Source: an uncultured Gammaproteobacteria bacterium (GTDB lineage Bacteria > Pseudomonadota > Gammaproteobacteria > Steroidobacterales > Steroidobacteraceae). From it: DNA of 64,000 bases. Below, piece after piece: positions 33,693 through 43,525 of this stretch. Every line of letters starts with the position of its first letter. The stretch's first letter is position 1. The translations under genes and the position numbers were made by a program. The notes below the pieces were generated by a model that saw only the letters and a list, made by a program, of their open reading frames with translations, was not told where the DNA came from and ran no database searches. The stretch covers positions 24,288 to 88,287 of the forward strand of contig CAWJVM010000007.1 in the NCBI GenBank assembly GCA_963846315.1, written 5' to 3'.

Positions 33693-35141
33693 TCAGTGCC
33701 GAGTGTAACTCTTCACCAGTTCGTGCAGGAACTGACGAGCATCGAGCAGCGACTGCACGCGGATGCGCTCGTTCAAGCCGTGCGCCCCGCTACCCGCCGC
33801 GTCCGCGAACACACCGGAAATGCCATACGTGGGCGTGCCAGTCGCGTTCAGGAACCGGCCGTCGGTGGCGCCAGTGGACATCGTCGGTACGACATGGGCT
33901 GCGGGCCAGAGCGTCTTGGCAATGGCGCGGATGGGCTCCATCATTTCTGCGGTCAGGGGCGGCGCTGGCGCGGGCAGCCCCATTTCATCGCCGAATTTGA
34001 CGCTGATCGTGTCGTCCGCCACGACCCGGCTCAGGTCTGCACGCACCTGTTCCATCGGCACCCCCGGCAGGATCCGGCAATTGACGTTGACCGTCGCGCG
34101 CTGCGGCAAGGCGTTCGGTGCGTGACCGCCCGCGAACTCAGTGGCGACGCACGTGGTGCGGAGCATGCCGTTCCAGCTCGGGTTGGCCGTCCACAACCGT
34201 TGCGCAGCCGCGTCGTTGGTGGGGTCCGCGACGATGGCGCGCATGTCAGCCGCAATCTCGGGAGGTTGCATCTCGGCCTGTGCCAGGAAGTACGCGCGCG
34301 TCGTGTCGTTCAGGCTGACGGGAAACTGGTAGGCGGCGAGTCGTGTCAATGCCACCGCCATGCGATTGATCGGGTTCTCGCGCGTCGGCCGGGAACTGTG
34401 CCCACCGGGGTGAGTGACCTCGAGCTTGAAGTCCTGGTAGACCTTTTCGCCGGCCTGCACGTCGAGCGACAGGTGCTTGCCGTTGGCATCGAGCAACCCG
34501 CCCGCGCCTTCATTGAGCACGAACTTGGCGCGCATGAGTTCTGGATGAGTCTCGAGCAGCCAGCGCACGCCGTTGAAGTGTTCCGACGTCTCTTCGCCGC
34601 ACGTCAACGCCAGCGTCACTCCGCGCTGCGGCCGGTAATTCTGTTCGCTCCAACGCACCAGCAGATCGGTGAAGATCGAGGCCATCGCCTTGTCGTCGCT
34701 CGAGCCGCGCGCGTAAAAGAAGCCGTTTTCCTCGACCAGCGTGAATGGGTCGCGCACCCAGTCCTCGCGGCGGGCCTCGACGACGTCGATGTGGGCCAGC
34801 AGCATGATCGGTTCGAGCCTGGCATCCTTGCCCGGGAAGGAGGCAATCAGTGAGCCGCTCCTTGGAAACTCCGCGGGCGCGAGGATCTGCATGGACGCAG
34901 CCGGCATGCCCGCCCGCTGCAGTCGTGCGGCCATCTTCTGCGCCGCGTCGGTGCAACTGCCTGCGGAAAGTGTCGTGTTGGTCTCGACGAGTTCCTTGTA
35001 CAGGTCGCGAAACGAGGCCTCGCTGGGGTCTGGCACCGAGGTGGCAGCCCCCAGAGCAGCCGTGAGTGGCGCAACGGCCGACAGGGACAGGAACATCAAC
35101 GACCGCACCAGGCGGCTCGTGCGCTGCAGGCTCAGGCTCAT
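33693..35141 (-). CDS. secreted M20/M25/M40 family metallopeptidase
   Basis: 482 aa with a signal peptide. LLAHIDVV...ARGSSDDKAMA...LTCGEETS...NEGAGG...HSSRP are M20 metal-ligand motifs. Confidence 0.85.
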   Translation of the reverse strand: MSLSLQRTSRLVRSLMFLSLSAVAPLTAALGAATSVPDPSEASFRDLYKELVETNTTLSAGSCTDAAQKMAARLQRAGMPAASMQILAPAEFPRSGSLIASFPGKDARLEPIMLLAHIDVVEARREDWVRDPFTLVEENGFFYARGSSDDKAMASIFTDLLVRWSEQNYRPQRGVTLALTCGEETSEHFNGVRWLLETHPELMRAKFVLNEGAGGLLDANGKHLSLDVQAGEKVYQDFKLEVTHPGGHSSRPTRENPINRMAVALTRLAAYQFPVSLNDTTRAYFLAQAEMQPPEIAADMRAIVADPTNDAAAQRLWTANPSWNGMLRTTCVATEFAGGHAPNALPQRATVNVNCRILPGVPMEQVRADLSRVVADDTISVKFGDEMGLPAPAPPLTAEMMEPIRAIAKTLWPAAHVVPTMSTGATDGRFLNATGTPTYGISGVFADAAGSGAHGLNERIRVQSLLDARQFLHELVKSYTRH

Positions 35142-37084
35142 TTTTTCACCGCTGGTACTGGAATCCGGGGTTGGAGGATGGACGAAAGCAGGTCGGGTGT
35201 CTGCTCGATCCGTTCGAGGTGCGGGTAGCGCAACCCGTCGTGGTAATCGAGGCTGACGGTCCGGAACGTATCGGCGCTGCGAACCAGCAGCTCGGTCGGC
35301 AGTTGCGGGTCGGCCTGGGCAGCTTTCAGTGCCTCCTGCAAGCGACTGTGCGTGTACGCCTTGCCATTGACGGCGACCACGAACATGCCGGGGGCCACTC
35401 CCGCTTTGAAGGCGACGCTGTCCCAGAACACCTCGCCCACCTTGCCGTCCTTGCCGAGGTTCACGCCCAGCGAGTAGAGGAAATTCTGCGTGCTGTCCGC
35501 GGCATCGCTTTCCTTGACCGACGGCGACGGATCATCCTTGAACACCAGTCGCCAGCCGCTGCGCTCGAGGCCATCGAGCGGCGCCCGGGGGCCGTGTCCC
35601 TCCAGCACCGAGCGCAACATCGTGGCCCAGTCGTAGGGCGCCACGGAATTCAGCGCCGCGACGACGTCCTCGAACGTGTACGTGAGCGGCTCGATGCGCC
35701 CATCTGCGACGCCGTAGAAAGCCTGCGCGAAATCGTCGAGGGATCGCCGGCCCCGCGTCAGCTCGCGGATCCTGGTGTCGACGCCCAACCAGACGAAGAT
35801 GCCCTCGGTGTAGTAATCCTTGCCGCGCTGCCAGCTGTCGAAGCTCTGCCGGCCCCGGTAGTTGAGGATCGGTTGCTGCGTGGTGTCCTGGAGATTGCGC
35901 CATTGCCGGCCAGCGCGGCCCTGGTCGTAGTGCGCGGCATATCGCGCAAGGATGTCGCGGGTGAGCCCGGGCGACCAGAGTCCTGAACGACCTGTGAGGA
36001 CGACGCCGAAATACTCGGTCAGGCCCTCGTAGACCCAGAGCAGGCCCGGGCCCATCGGTACCTCGTAGGACGGAGTCCACAAGTCCATCGGGCGCCGGAA
36101 CTTGCCGTTCCAGGAGTGGGTCATTTCGTGCGGCAGCAGGTCGCGCCCGTTGCCATTGCTGTCCCAGTCCGTGAAATAGCCGAGCCCCACGCCATTCTCG
36201 CTCGATTCGTGGTGCTCGAGGCCGATGCCGGTGAAATGTTCGCTGATCGCGAGCAGGAAGTCGTACTGGTGGAAGTGGCGCGAGCCAAACAGCGCGACGG
36301 CCTCGCTCACCACACGCCGGTGTTGCGCGAGCTGTTCGTCCGTGGCCCGCAGTTCTGCCGCCGTGTCCGCGAAAATATTGAGCCGCACCGGATGCGTCGC
36401 GCTCGAGTCCAGCTCGACGCGACGAAAGTACGGCCCAGCGAACAACGGTGAATCGACCAGCGTCTCGAGTGGTACCGTTGCAAACCGCACCCTGTCGCCG
36501 GTGCGACTGGCGCCACGCAGTGCCGACGCGAACTGCCATCCGGCCGGCAACTGGATCGTCGCCTCCATCGGAATCTGGCGCGCGTAATAACCCGCCGGGT
36601 ACAACAAGGCTTTTTCCCATTGCAGGCCGAGCAGGTCGGGTGTCATCACGACCCGCCACTGGCTGGTGTCCGTGGGCGTCACGTACTCGAATTGCAACTC
36701 CAGTTGCGTGACGCCTGGGGGCACGTCGACATGGAACGCGTACATCTCCACGGGGTCGCGCTGCCATTCAAGCCGTGCGCCGTCGTTGCCGTGCACCACC
36801 AGCCCGGCGAGCTTGTCGATCGGGCCCGTGGGCGAGTGATTGCCGGGCAGCCACTTCGGATAGAGCAGCGTCGTGCGTCCCGGCCCGGCGACTGGAATTG
36901 ATTCGCGCACCCGGAACACGCGATGGTCCAGGTCGGTGGCATCGACCTGGAGCCGGATCACCCCCGGATAAGGGACGTCCTGCGGTGCAGGAATCGGCAC
37001 TCCGGTGGCCGTCGTGTGAGCCTGGCCTGCGCACAGCAGCAGCGCCATGAATCCATGCGCAAGTCGAAATTTCGTGTGGTGCAT
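35138..37084 (-). CDS. secreted M61 family glycyl aminopeptidase with C-terminal PDZ-like domain
   Basis: 648 aa with a signal peptide. HESSENG...LLPHEMTHSWNGK (HExxH) ...WVYEGLTEY. The C-terminus GVAPGMFVVAVNGKAY is PDZ-like. Confidence 0.8.
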   Translation of the reverse strand: MHHTKFRLAHGFMALLLCAGQAHTTATGVPIPAPQDVPYPGVIRLQVDATDLDHRVFRVRESIPVAGPGRTTLLYPKWLPGNHSPTGPIDKLAGLVVHGNDGARLEWQRDPVEMYAFHVDVPPGVTQLELQFEYVTPTDTSQWRVVMTPDLLGLQWEKALLYPAGYYARQIPMEATIQLPAGWQFASALRGASRTGDRVRFATVPLETLVDSPLFAGPYFRRVELDSSATHPVRLNIFADTAAELRATDEQLAQHRRVVSEAVALFGSRHFHQYDFLLAISEHFTGIGLEHHESSENGVGLGYFTDWDSNGNGRDLLPHEMTHSWNGKFRRPMDLWTPSYEVPMGPGLLWVYEGLTEYFGVVLTGRSGLWSPGLTRDILARYAAHYDQGRAGRQWRNLQDTTQQPILNYRGRQSFDSWQRGKDYYTEGIFVWLGVDTRIRELTRGRRSLDDFAQAFYGVADGRIEPLTYTFEDVVAALNSVAPYDWATMLRSVLEGHGPRAPLDGLERSGWRLVFKDDPSPSVKESDAADSTQNFLYSLGVNLGKDGKVGEVFWDSVAFKAGVAPGMFVVAVNGKAYTHSRLQEALKAAQADPQLPTELLVRSADTFRTVSLDYHDGLRYPHLERIEQTPDLLSSILQPRIPVPAVKK

Positions 37085-37234
37085 TCTTGATTGAGCCTGG
37101 TTCAGTCGAGCATGCGGGTGGGATTCATCGGCCGATGATCACATGCAGGATGCGGCGTTGTCACCGCATCAGTCGACTACAATGATCCGCCGCGCGCAGG
37201 GACGTCGTCGTTATCCGAAGGAGCATTTGCCCGC

Positions 37235-37777
37235 ATGAAGTACCCTCTTCCCCCCGCCTTCCTGGCCTTCATGGCCTTTCTCTCTTTGCTGACCGCACCT
37301 GTCCTGGCGCAGCCAACGTCGTCGGACACCGTCGACGATTCGGTGATTGCAGCAACGATCAAGGCGGGTCTGCTCGACAACAAGAACACCAGCGGTACAC
37401 GGATCAACGTCGACAGCTCCCAGGGCGTCGTGCAGCTGAGCGGCTTCGCGCGCTCGGAGGGAGAAAAGGCCGAGGCGACCAGGGTGGCCGAAAGCGTCAC
37501 GGGAGTGACCAAGGTGCTCAACAGCGTCGCGGTGGCGTCGGCCACCTCGATGGGCACCAAGCTCGACGACAGCCTGGTCACGGGCAAGGTCAAGGCTGCG
37601 CTGATGGATGCCGCCGACGTCAAGAGCCTGCACATCAACGTCGAAACCCATGACGGGGTCACGCAGCTCGCGGGCTTCGTCGCGTCGGCGACGATGAAAG
37701 ACAAGGCTGGTCGGATCACCGCGGGCATCGACGGCGTGAAGCGCGTCGACAACGTGCTCGTGGTCAGGCCGCGCTGA
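37235..37777 (+). CDS. BON-domain periplasmic protein (OsmY-like)
   Basis: 180 aa with a signal peptide. Two BON repeats: DDSVIAATIKAGLL...INVDSSQGVVQLSGFARS...A..VAESVTGVTKVLN and DDSLVTGKVKAAL...INVETHDGVTQLAGFV...GVKRVDN. Confidence 0.85.
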   Translation: MKYPLPPAFLAFMAFLSLLTAPVLAQPTSSDTVDDSVIAATIKAGLLDNKNTSGTRINVDSSQGVVQLSGFARSEGEKAEATRVAESVTGVTKVLNSVAVASATSMGTKLDDSLVTGKVKAALMDAADVKSLHINVETHDGVTQLAGFVASATMKDKAGRITAGIDGVKRVDNVLVVRPR

Positions 37778-38690
37778 CGCCTGCGCTCGCCACGGCGGGC
37801 GCGGTTGTCCAGTACGTGTACATATGCACGCGACCGGTACGGACGTCGCACATCGCGCGCCTCGATTCGCCCGCCTCGACCCACTGCTTGATGTTGACGC
37901 GTGCCGGCAGTTGCACGGGCGTCAGGAACTGGGTTTCAAGTCGCGCATCGGGCGGCGGGACATCGACAGGACGTTCGGCGAGGCTGCGGGCAAGGGTCCA
38001 CATGCCGTGCGAGATCGCGCCGCGCAAACCGAAAAAACGAGCAGCCCGGTCGCTCAGGTGAATTGGATTGTAGTCACCCGCAACGCGCGCGTATTTGCGG
38101 ACGCGACTCTGGTCCACCGCCAGCTCCGTGAGCACCTGGGCGTCTTTCGGGGCTTTCGGCGGCCGCGGGGGCCGACCGCCCGTCCGCTGTGCGGATTCGG
38201 GCCAGCGCGAAAGGAATACACATGTTTCCCGCCACACGGTCTGTCCGGCCCGCATGATGTCCGTCACCATGTCGAAGGTGAGACCGGCATCGGTCCTGCA
38301 ATAATTGCGGGCCGCGACCACGAGGTTCAGGGTCATGCCAGCTTCCAGCGCCCGGGGCTGAGCGATCGTGTTGGAAACGTGAATCAGGCCCATCGGGCGC
38401 AGCGGGAAAGACGAGTGCCCCATGATCCGCAGGTGCAGCGGCATGGCGAGGACGTGCGGGAAGGTGATCGGCACGTATCCGTTGCGCACATCCGACGCGT
38501 CGAAGGCGCAGACCGAGGCGTACTTCGCCACGACCTGCGGGTCGATCAGCACGTTGTCGAGCCGCACCTCGAACTCGGACGGCTCCTGCAGCGTAAGGAT
38601 GTCGGGACGGCGTGTCAGCAGGACACGGGGATAACTCGCCAGTACGGAAGGCAGTTGCGACAGCTTGAGGTGAACAGTCCGATTTGCCAC
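37764..38690 (-). CDS. MaoC-like double hot-dog dehydratase family protein
   Basis: GTG 38690, directly after the ccmI stop. ...YARVAGDYNPIHLSDRAARFFGLRGAISHGMW is the MaoC motif in the C-terminal half. The N-terminal half is a degenerate hot-dog fold. Confidence 0.75.
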   Translation of the reverse strand: MANRTVHLKLSQLPSVLASYPRVLLTRRPDILTLQEPSEFEVRLDNVLIDPQVVAKYASVCAFDASDVRNGYVPITFPHVLAMPLHLRIMGHSSFPLRPMGLIHVSNTIAQPRALEAGMTLNLVVAARNYCRTDAGLTFDMVTDIMRAGQTVWRETCVFLSRWPESAQRTGGRPPRPPKAPKDAQVLTELAVDQSRVRKYARVAGDYNPIHLSDRAARFFGLRGAISHGMWTLARSLAERPVDVPPPDARLETQFLTPVQLPARVNIKQWVEAGESRRAMCDVRTGRVHMYTYWTTAPAVASAGVSAA

Positions 38691-38691
38691 C

Positions 38692-39843
38692 TCAGGGTTG
38701 GACCTGGTTGATGACCACGTCCAGGGCTTCGCCGCCGCCCTTCTTTTGCACCGCGCGCCCGATGAGGTCGCCGCTGGCCGTGACGGCCGTGCCGCCATAA
38801 GCGACCCGTGCAACGATCTCGACGTCGTTGACGGACGAGAGGTCGCGCCCTGCAATCATGGTGTTCGCGTCGCTCAAGACCACCACAGCCGGCAAGTCGT
38901 CCGTCGAGATGCGCGTCGCGGCAATCGGCGGGCCGGGAATGCCCGGTTCGCGGGCAGCGACGAACAGCGTGGTTCCCGGTTTCACCTTGCCGGCAATCGC
39001 CGGGTCGACTTTCACGCTGATGCGAATCGTACGTCCCGAGGGTGCGACGTCGCCGCCCATGCCGCCACTCATCGGTCCGGCGCCCATGCCGCCGCCCGCG
39101 GCCGCCATGGCCGGGGCGGCTGCGTCTGCACTGGCCACTGCACCAGCGGGCACGTCGACGCCGAGCTCTCTCAGCTGAGTCGCGATCACTTCACGAATCT
39201 CCGGGGGCGGGTTGCCCGCGAGGAGCTTCGTCCAGCTGTTCTTCGCAGTCACTTTGTCATCGGCGCGAACGGCGATGACGCCCTGGTACCAGAGGGCTTT
39301 CTGGTTGCCCGCATCCGACGCGAGCGCGTCGTCGACGATGGCCTTGGCACGCGGCTGCACCGCCGGGTCGTCGGTCAGCACCAGCGCTTCTGCGAGGTCC
39401 AGCTGCAGGTCGATGTCCTTCTGCGGCGAGAGCGCGTTGGCCCGCTCGTACGACTCCGCAGCCTTGGCCGCGTTGCCGCCGACCAGGTAGGTGCGGCCGA
39501 GCATGCGCCAGCCTTCCAGGTCATTGGGGTTCTGCGCGAGGCGGGCTTCGAGCGACGCCGTCACTTCGTTCATGGCGCCGGCGGCGCCCATTTCTCCGTG
39601 ACTCGCGGGCACCGCTGCGGTCGCGACCGGGTTGTCCCAGGGAAAGTTGTTCAGCTTGGCGTAGAGGCCGACCGCACAGAGGCCCACGGCCACCGCCAGC
39701 GCGAACGCGAGCGGCGCAGCGCGAGGTACCGGGGGCTCACCCTGGACAGCGGCCGCCTGCAGCCGCAGCAGCGGGTAGATTACGAGCGCGATGGCCGCCA
39801 GGACCATCAGCGCCACGACGACGAGGAATACAGACGGCATCAC
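38692..39843 (-). CDS. ccmI: c-type cytochrome biogenesis protein CcmI (TPR)
   Basis: 383 aa. N-terminal TM pair, then TPR region (WRMLGRTYLVGGNAAKAAESYERA). Last gene of the ccm operon. Confidence 0.8.
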   Translation of the reverse strand: MMPSVFLVVVALMVLAAIALVIYPLLRLQAAAVQGEPPVPRAAPLAFALAVAVGLCAVGLYAKLNNFPWDNPVATAAVPASHGEMGAAGAMNEVTASLEARLAQNPNDLEGWRMLGRTYLVGGNAAKAAESYERANALSPQKDIDLQLDLAEALVLTDDPAVQPRAKAIVDDALASDAGNQKALWYQGVIAVRADDKVTAKNSWTKLLAGNPPPEIREVIATQLRELGVDVPAGAVASADAAAPAMAAAGGGMGAGPMSGGMGGDVAPSGRTIRISVKVDPAIAGKVKPGTTLFVAAREPGIPGPPIAATRISTDDLPAVVVLSDANTMIAGRDLSSVNDVEIVARVAYGGTAVTASGDLIGRAVQKKGGGEALDVVINQVQP

Positions 39844-40298
39844 GATTGTCCAGCCTCCGGGCCTTCGTCATCCGCCTGCGCTGCCTGCTTGCGGATGTAA
39901 CGGAGCCCTAAGAACGTTCCAAGGAGCAGCAGCAGCACGGGGGTTGCCCAGAGCAGGTAATTGACCGGCGTCATGCGCGGCTTGTAGAGCACGAAGTCGC
40001 CGTAACGATCGACCATGAAGGTGCGGATCTCGTCATCGGTCTTGCCGGCGGTGATCATCTCGCGCACCTGGCGGCGCAGGTCCTGTGCCAGAGTGGCGTT
40101 CGAGTCGGCGATGGTCTGGTTCTGGCAGACGAGGCAGCGCAACTCGCGGCCGATCATTTCGTAGCGCGCCTGCAGCGCCGGGTCGTCGAACGCGCGCTCG
40201 GTGTCGATGGCGAGCGCCGGAACCGCGAACGCGACCAGCAACGCCACGAACACCGTGCGGGCCAAACGCGAAAAAAACAGCAGCGTCATGTCGTTCAT
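39840..40298 (-). CDS. ccmH: cytochrome c-type biogenesis protein CcmH
   Basis: LRCLVCQNQTIADSNA signature. Signal peptide and C-terminal TM helix. Confidence 0.9.
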   Translation of the reverse strand: MNDMTLLFFSRLARTVFVALLVAFAVPALAIDTERAFDDPALQARYEMIGRELRCLVCQNQTIADSNATLAQDLRRQVREMITAGKTDDEIRTFMVDRYGDFVLYKPRMTPVNYLLWATPVLLLLLGTFLGLRYIRKQAAQADDEGPEAGQS

Positions 40299-40840
40299 CC
40301 CCCGGCCGGCGCGACGCCGGCGTTGGCCGCCTGGATACGCGGCAGGAATTCCCTGGTCCAGACTTCCATCGTCATCGGTGCGATGTGCTTGAACAGCACC
40401 TTGCCGTCCGGGCCGATCAGGAAAGTCTCGGGAGCGCCGTACACGCCCCAGTCGATGGCCACGCGCCCCTCAGGATCGGAGGCGACGACGGCGTAAGGAT
40501 TGCCCAATTGACGCAGCCAGTTCTGTGCCGCGGCTCGGTCGTCTTTCCAGTCCAGGCCGACGAGCGGCACCGCTGCGGTCTTCGCGATCGCCATCAGCGT
40601 CTCGTGCTCCTCGCGACAGCCGCTGCACCACGTGCCCCACACGTTCAGCACCCAGGTCTTGCCGGCCAGTTCCTTGGAGGCGACCGGATAGTTGGGGTCC
40701 TGCAGGCTGGGCAGCGTGAACTCCGGTGCCTGCTTGCCGATGAGTGGCGACGGGACATAGGACGGGTCGCGCTGCAGTCCCACGAACAGGAACACGCCGA
40801 GCAACGCGGCCAGTGCGAGTGGTAGGCCGAACTTGAGCAT
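40295..40840 (-). CDS. ccmG: thiol:disulfide interchange protein DsbE/CcmG
   Basis: WGTWCSGCREEH thioredoxin motif. GVYGAPETFLI. Confidence 0.9.
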   Translation of the reverse strand: MLKFGLPLALAALLGVFLFVGLQRDPSYVPSPLIGKQAPEFTLPSLQDPNYPVASKELAGKTWVLNVWGTWCSGCREEHETLMAIAKTAAVPLVGLDWKDDRAAAQNWLRQLGNPYAVVASDPEGRVAIDWGVYGAPETFLIGPDGKVLFKHIAPMTMEVWTREFLPRIQAANAGVAPAGG

Positions 40841-40858
40841 GTCGAATTTCCCGAAAAA

Positions 40859-42817
40859 TTAGGTGGCTTTCGCCGTCTTGGCCAGGCCAGCTGTTTCGTC
40901 GGCCTCGGACTTGCGCGTGCGATAGCGGCGATCCGTGATAGCGATGAAGCCGCCAATGGCCATCACCAGTGCGCCGAACCAGATGAAGCGGACCATCGGC
41001 TTGTACTGCACCCGGATGCTCCACGCGTTGTCGCCGAGGTCGTCGCCCATGGCGACGAACAGGTCACGGTTCCAGTTCACCTGGATGCCCGCCTCGGTCA
41101 TCGGCATGGTGCGGACGCGGTAGACGCGCTTCTGCGGATGGAGATTGGCGATGACCTTGTCGCCTTCGGTGATCGTGAAGTGCGCCTGTGTCGCGTCGTA
41201 ATTGGGGCCCGCCACCTGCTCGATGCTGAGGAAGTTGAACTTGTAGCCCTGCAGCTCGACCGACTGGCCCGGCTTGAGCGCCATGTCCTTCTCGATGCGA
41301 TAGGTCTGCACCACGGTGACGCCGATGCAGAACATCGCGACGCCGATGTGCGCGACGGTCATGCCGAGCACGCCCCGCGACAGCGACTGCCGCTTGCGCA
41401 GGCGCTGGAACGGCTCGTACAGCGACGAGAGGATCACCCAGAACGCCGCGGTCAGTCCGACCGACGCCATGAAGTGGAAACCGCCATAGGCAATGATCGG
41501 AATAGCCACGCCCGCGACGGCCGAGATCGCCAGCATGGTGACCAGCGCCTTCTGCTTCTCCTCGAGCTTGGCGTGCTTCCAGGCTGCGTGCATGCCGACC
41601 GCAAGCAGTGCCATCAATGGCAGCGTCGGGATCAGGAACACCGTGTTGAAGTACGGCGGTCCGACCGAGATCTTGCCCATGTTGAGTGCGTCGAGGAACA
41701 GCGGGTACAACGTGCCGATCAGGATCAGGCCCGTGGTCACCAGCAACAGCACATTGTTGAACAGCAGGAACGACTCGCGCGACACGACGTCAAACTTGCC
41801 CTTGGTGCGCAGGTCCGGGCCGCGCCATGCATACAGCGCGAGCGAGCCGCCAACGCACAGTGAGAGGAAGGCAAGGATGCACAGGCCACGGCTCGGATCG
41901 CTGGCGAACGCGTGCACCGACACCAGCACGCCCGAGCGCACCAGGAACGTGCCGAGCAGGCTCAGCGAGAACGCGATGATGGCCAGCAGCAGCGTCCAGC
42001 TCTTGAAGAGGCCGCGCTTCTCGGTCACCGCCAGCGAATGGATCAGCGCGGTGCCGACGAGCCAGGGCATGAACGAGGCGTTCTCGACCGGGTCCCAGAA
42101 CCACCAGCCGCCCCAGCCCAGTTCGTAGTACGCCCACCAGCTGCCGAGCGCGATGCCGCACGTGAGCAACATCCAGGCGACGGTGGTCCACGGCCGCGTC
42201 CAGCGCGCCCACTTCTCGTCGAGCTTGCCTTCGAGCAGCGCGGCGACGGCGAACGCGAACGCCACGGAGAAGCCGACGTAGCCGAGGTAGAGCATCGGCG
42301 GGTGAATGGCGAGCGCGACGTCCTGCAGCAGCGGGTTCAGGTCATGGCCGTCCTGCGCGGCCGGCACCAGGCGCTCGAACGGGTTCGAGGTGAACAGGAC
42401 GAAGCCCTGGAAGCCGACGCTGACGATGCCGAGCACGCCTAGCACCCGTGCCACGAACGTCTCAGGGAGGTTCTTGCTGAAGATCGCGACGGCGATCGAC
42501 CACGACGACAGTGCCAGGGCCCACAGCAACAGCGAGCCTTCGTGCGCGGCCCACACCGCGGAGAACCGGTAGAACGTCGGCAGCTGCGAGTTCGAGTTGT
42601 TCGCGACGTATAGCACCGAGAAGTCGTTCTGGTAGAACGCCCAGGCCAGCACGGCGAACGACAGCGCGACGAAGACCCACTGCCCCGCGACGACCGGCCG
42701 GGTGGCAGCCATCCAGCGCCGGTTGCCGACAGCGGGTCCGGCAAGACCGAAGAAGGCCTGCGCGCAGGACAACAGCAGCGCCAGGATCAGCGCAAACAAA
42801 CCAAGTTCGACGACCAT
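40859..42817 (-). CDS. ccmF: haem lyase CcmF
   Basis: 652 aa, polytopic. WGGWWFWDPVENASFMPWL is the WWD motif. Confidence 0.95.
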   Translation of the reverse strand: MVVELGLFALILALLLSCAQAFFGLAGPAVGNRRWMAATRPVVAGQWVFVALSFAVLAWAFYQNDFSVLYVANNSNSQLPTFYRFSAVWAAHEGSLLLWALALSSWSIAVAIFSKNLPETFVARVLGVLGIVSVGFQGFVLFTSNPFERLVPAAQDGHDLNPLLQDVALAIHPPMLYLGYVGFSVAFAFAVAALLEGKLDEKWARWTRPWTTVAWMLLTCGIALGSWWAYYELGWGGWWFWDPVENASFMPWLVGTALIHSLAVTEKRGLFKSWTLLLAIIAFSLSLLGTFLVRSGVLVSVHAFASDPSRGLCILAFLSLCVGGSLALYAWRGPDLRTKGKFDVVSRESFLLFNNVLLLVTTGLILIGTLYPLFLDALNMGKISVGPPYFNTVFLIPTLPLMALLAVGMHAAWKHAKLEEKQKALVTMLAISAVAGVAIPIIAYGGFHFMASVGLTAAFWVILSSLYEPFQRLRKRQSLSRGVLGMTVAHIGVAMFCIGVTVVQTYRIEKDMALKPGQSVELQGYKFNFLSIEQVAGPNYDATQAHFTITEGDKVIANLHPQKRVYRVRTMPMTEAGIQVNWNRDLFVAMGDDLGDNAWSIRVQYKPMVRFIWFGALVMAIGGFIAITDRRYRTRKSEADETAGLAKTAKAT

Positions 42818-42864
42818 GCGGTAAATGCTCCGGTGCGGGGCTGGCTGGGCTCAGTCCGTGACGA

Positions 42865-43353
42865 TCAGGTGCTGCCGGGCGCCGGTGCCGGCGCCGGCGG
42901 GACCGCGCTGTTGGCCGAGGCGTTGTTGGCTGCGTCCATGTGCGGCTTCAGGCTCTCCTTGACCTCGGGCGGCATGTAGTTCTCGTCATGCTTGGCGAGG
43001 ACCTCTTCAGCCACGAAGCGGCTGCCGTCGAGCTTGCCGCGCACGATGACGCCCTGGCCTTCGCGGAACAGGTCCGGCAGCACGCCCGTGTAGCTCACCG
43101 GGATCTCCTTCTGGAAATCCGTGAGCACGAAACCGATTTCCATGCTGCCCGGCTGGCGCTTCATGCTGTTGTTCTGCACCAGGCCGCCGACTCGGAACGT
43201 CCGGCCAGTGGGTGCTTCGCCAGCGCTGATCTGCGTCGGGCTGTAGTAATAGAGCAGGTTCTGGTTGAACGCCTTCAGGGCGAACGTGGTGGCGATGCCG
43301 ACGCCAGCCAGAATGGCAACGACGGTAACCATGCGCTTCTGTCGCGGTGTCAT
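42865..43353 (-). CDS. ccmE: haem chaperone CcmE
   Basis: FRVGGLV...VLAKHDENYMPPEV (haem-binding His motif). Confidence 0.95.
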   Translation of the reverse strand: MTPRQKRMVTVVAILAGVGIATTFALKAFNQNLLYYYSPTQISAGEAPTGRTFRVGGLVQNNSMKRQPGSMEIGFVLTDFQKEIPVSYTGVLPDLFREGQGVIVRGKLDGSRFVAEEVLAKHDENYMPPEVKESLKPHMDAANNASANSAVPPAPAPAPGST

Positions 43354-43523
43354 GACAATCTCTCCCGGGCAAGTTCGTTGCGCCGCTGGGCGGCGGTCTG
43401 GGCTTCAGTCTCGGAGCGGCGCGCCGCCCACCAGTTCCAGAGCAGGATCAGGGCGGTGAGCCCATAGGCAGGCCACACGTATTCCGCGTAACCTCCCATC
43501 TCAAGAAACTTCTGTATATCCAT
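43350..43523 (-). CDS. ccmD: haem exporter protein CcmD
   Basis: Own translation: MDIQKFLEMGGYAEYVWPAYGLTALILLWNWWAARRSETEAQTAAQRRNELARERLS (57 aa). The stop overlaps the ccmE start. Below the ORF-track cut-off. Confidence 0.85.
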   Translation of the reverse strand: MDIQKFLEMGGYAEYVWPAYGLTALILLWNWWAARRSETEAQTAAQRRNELARERLS

Positions 43524-43525
43524 GA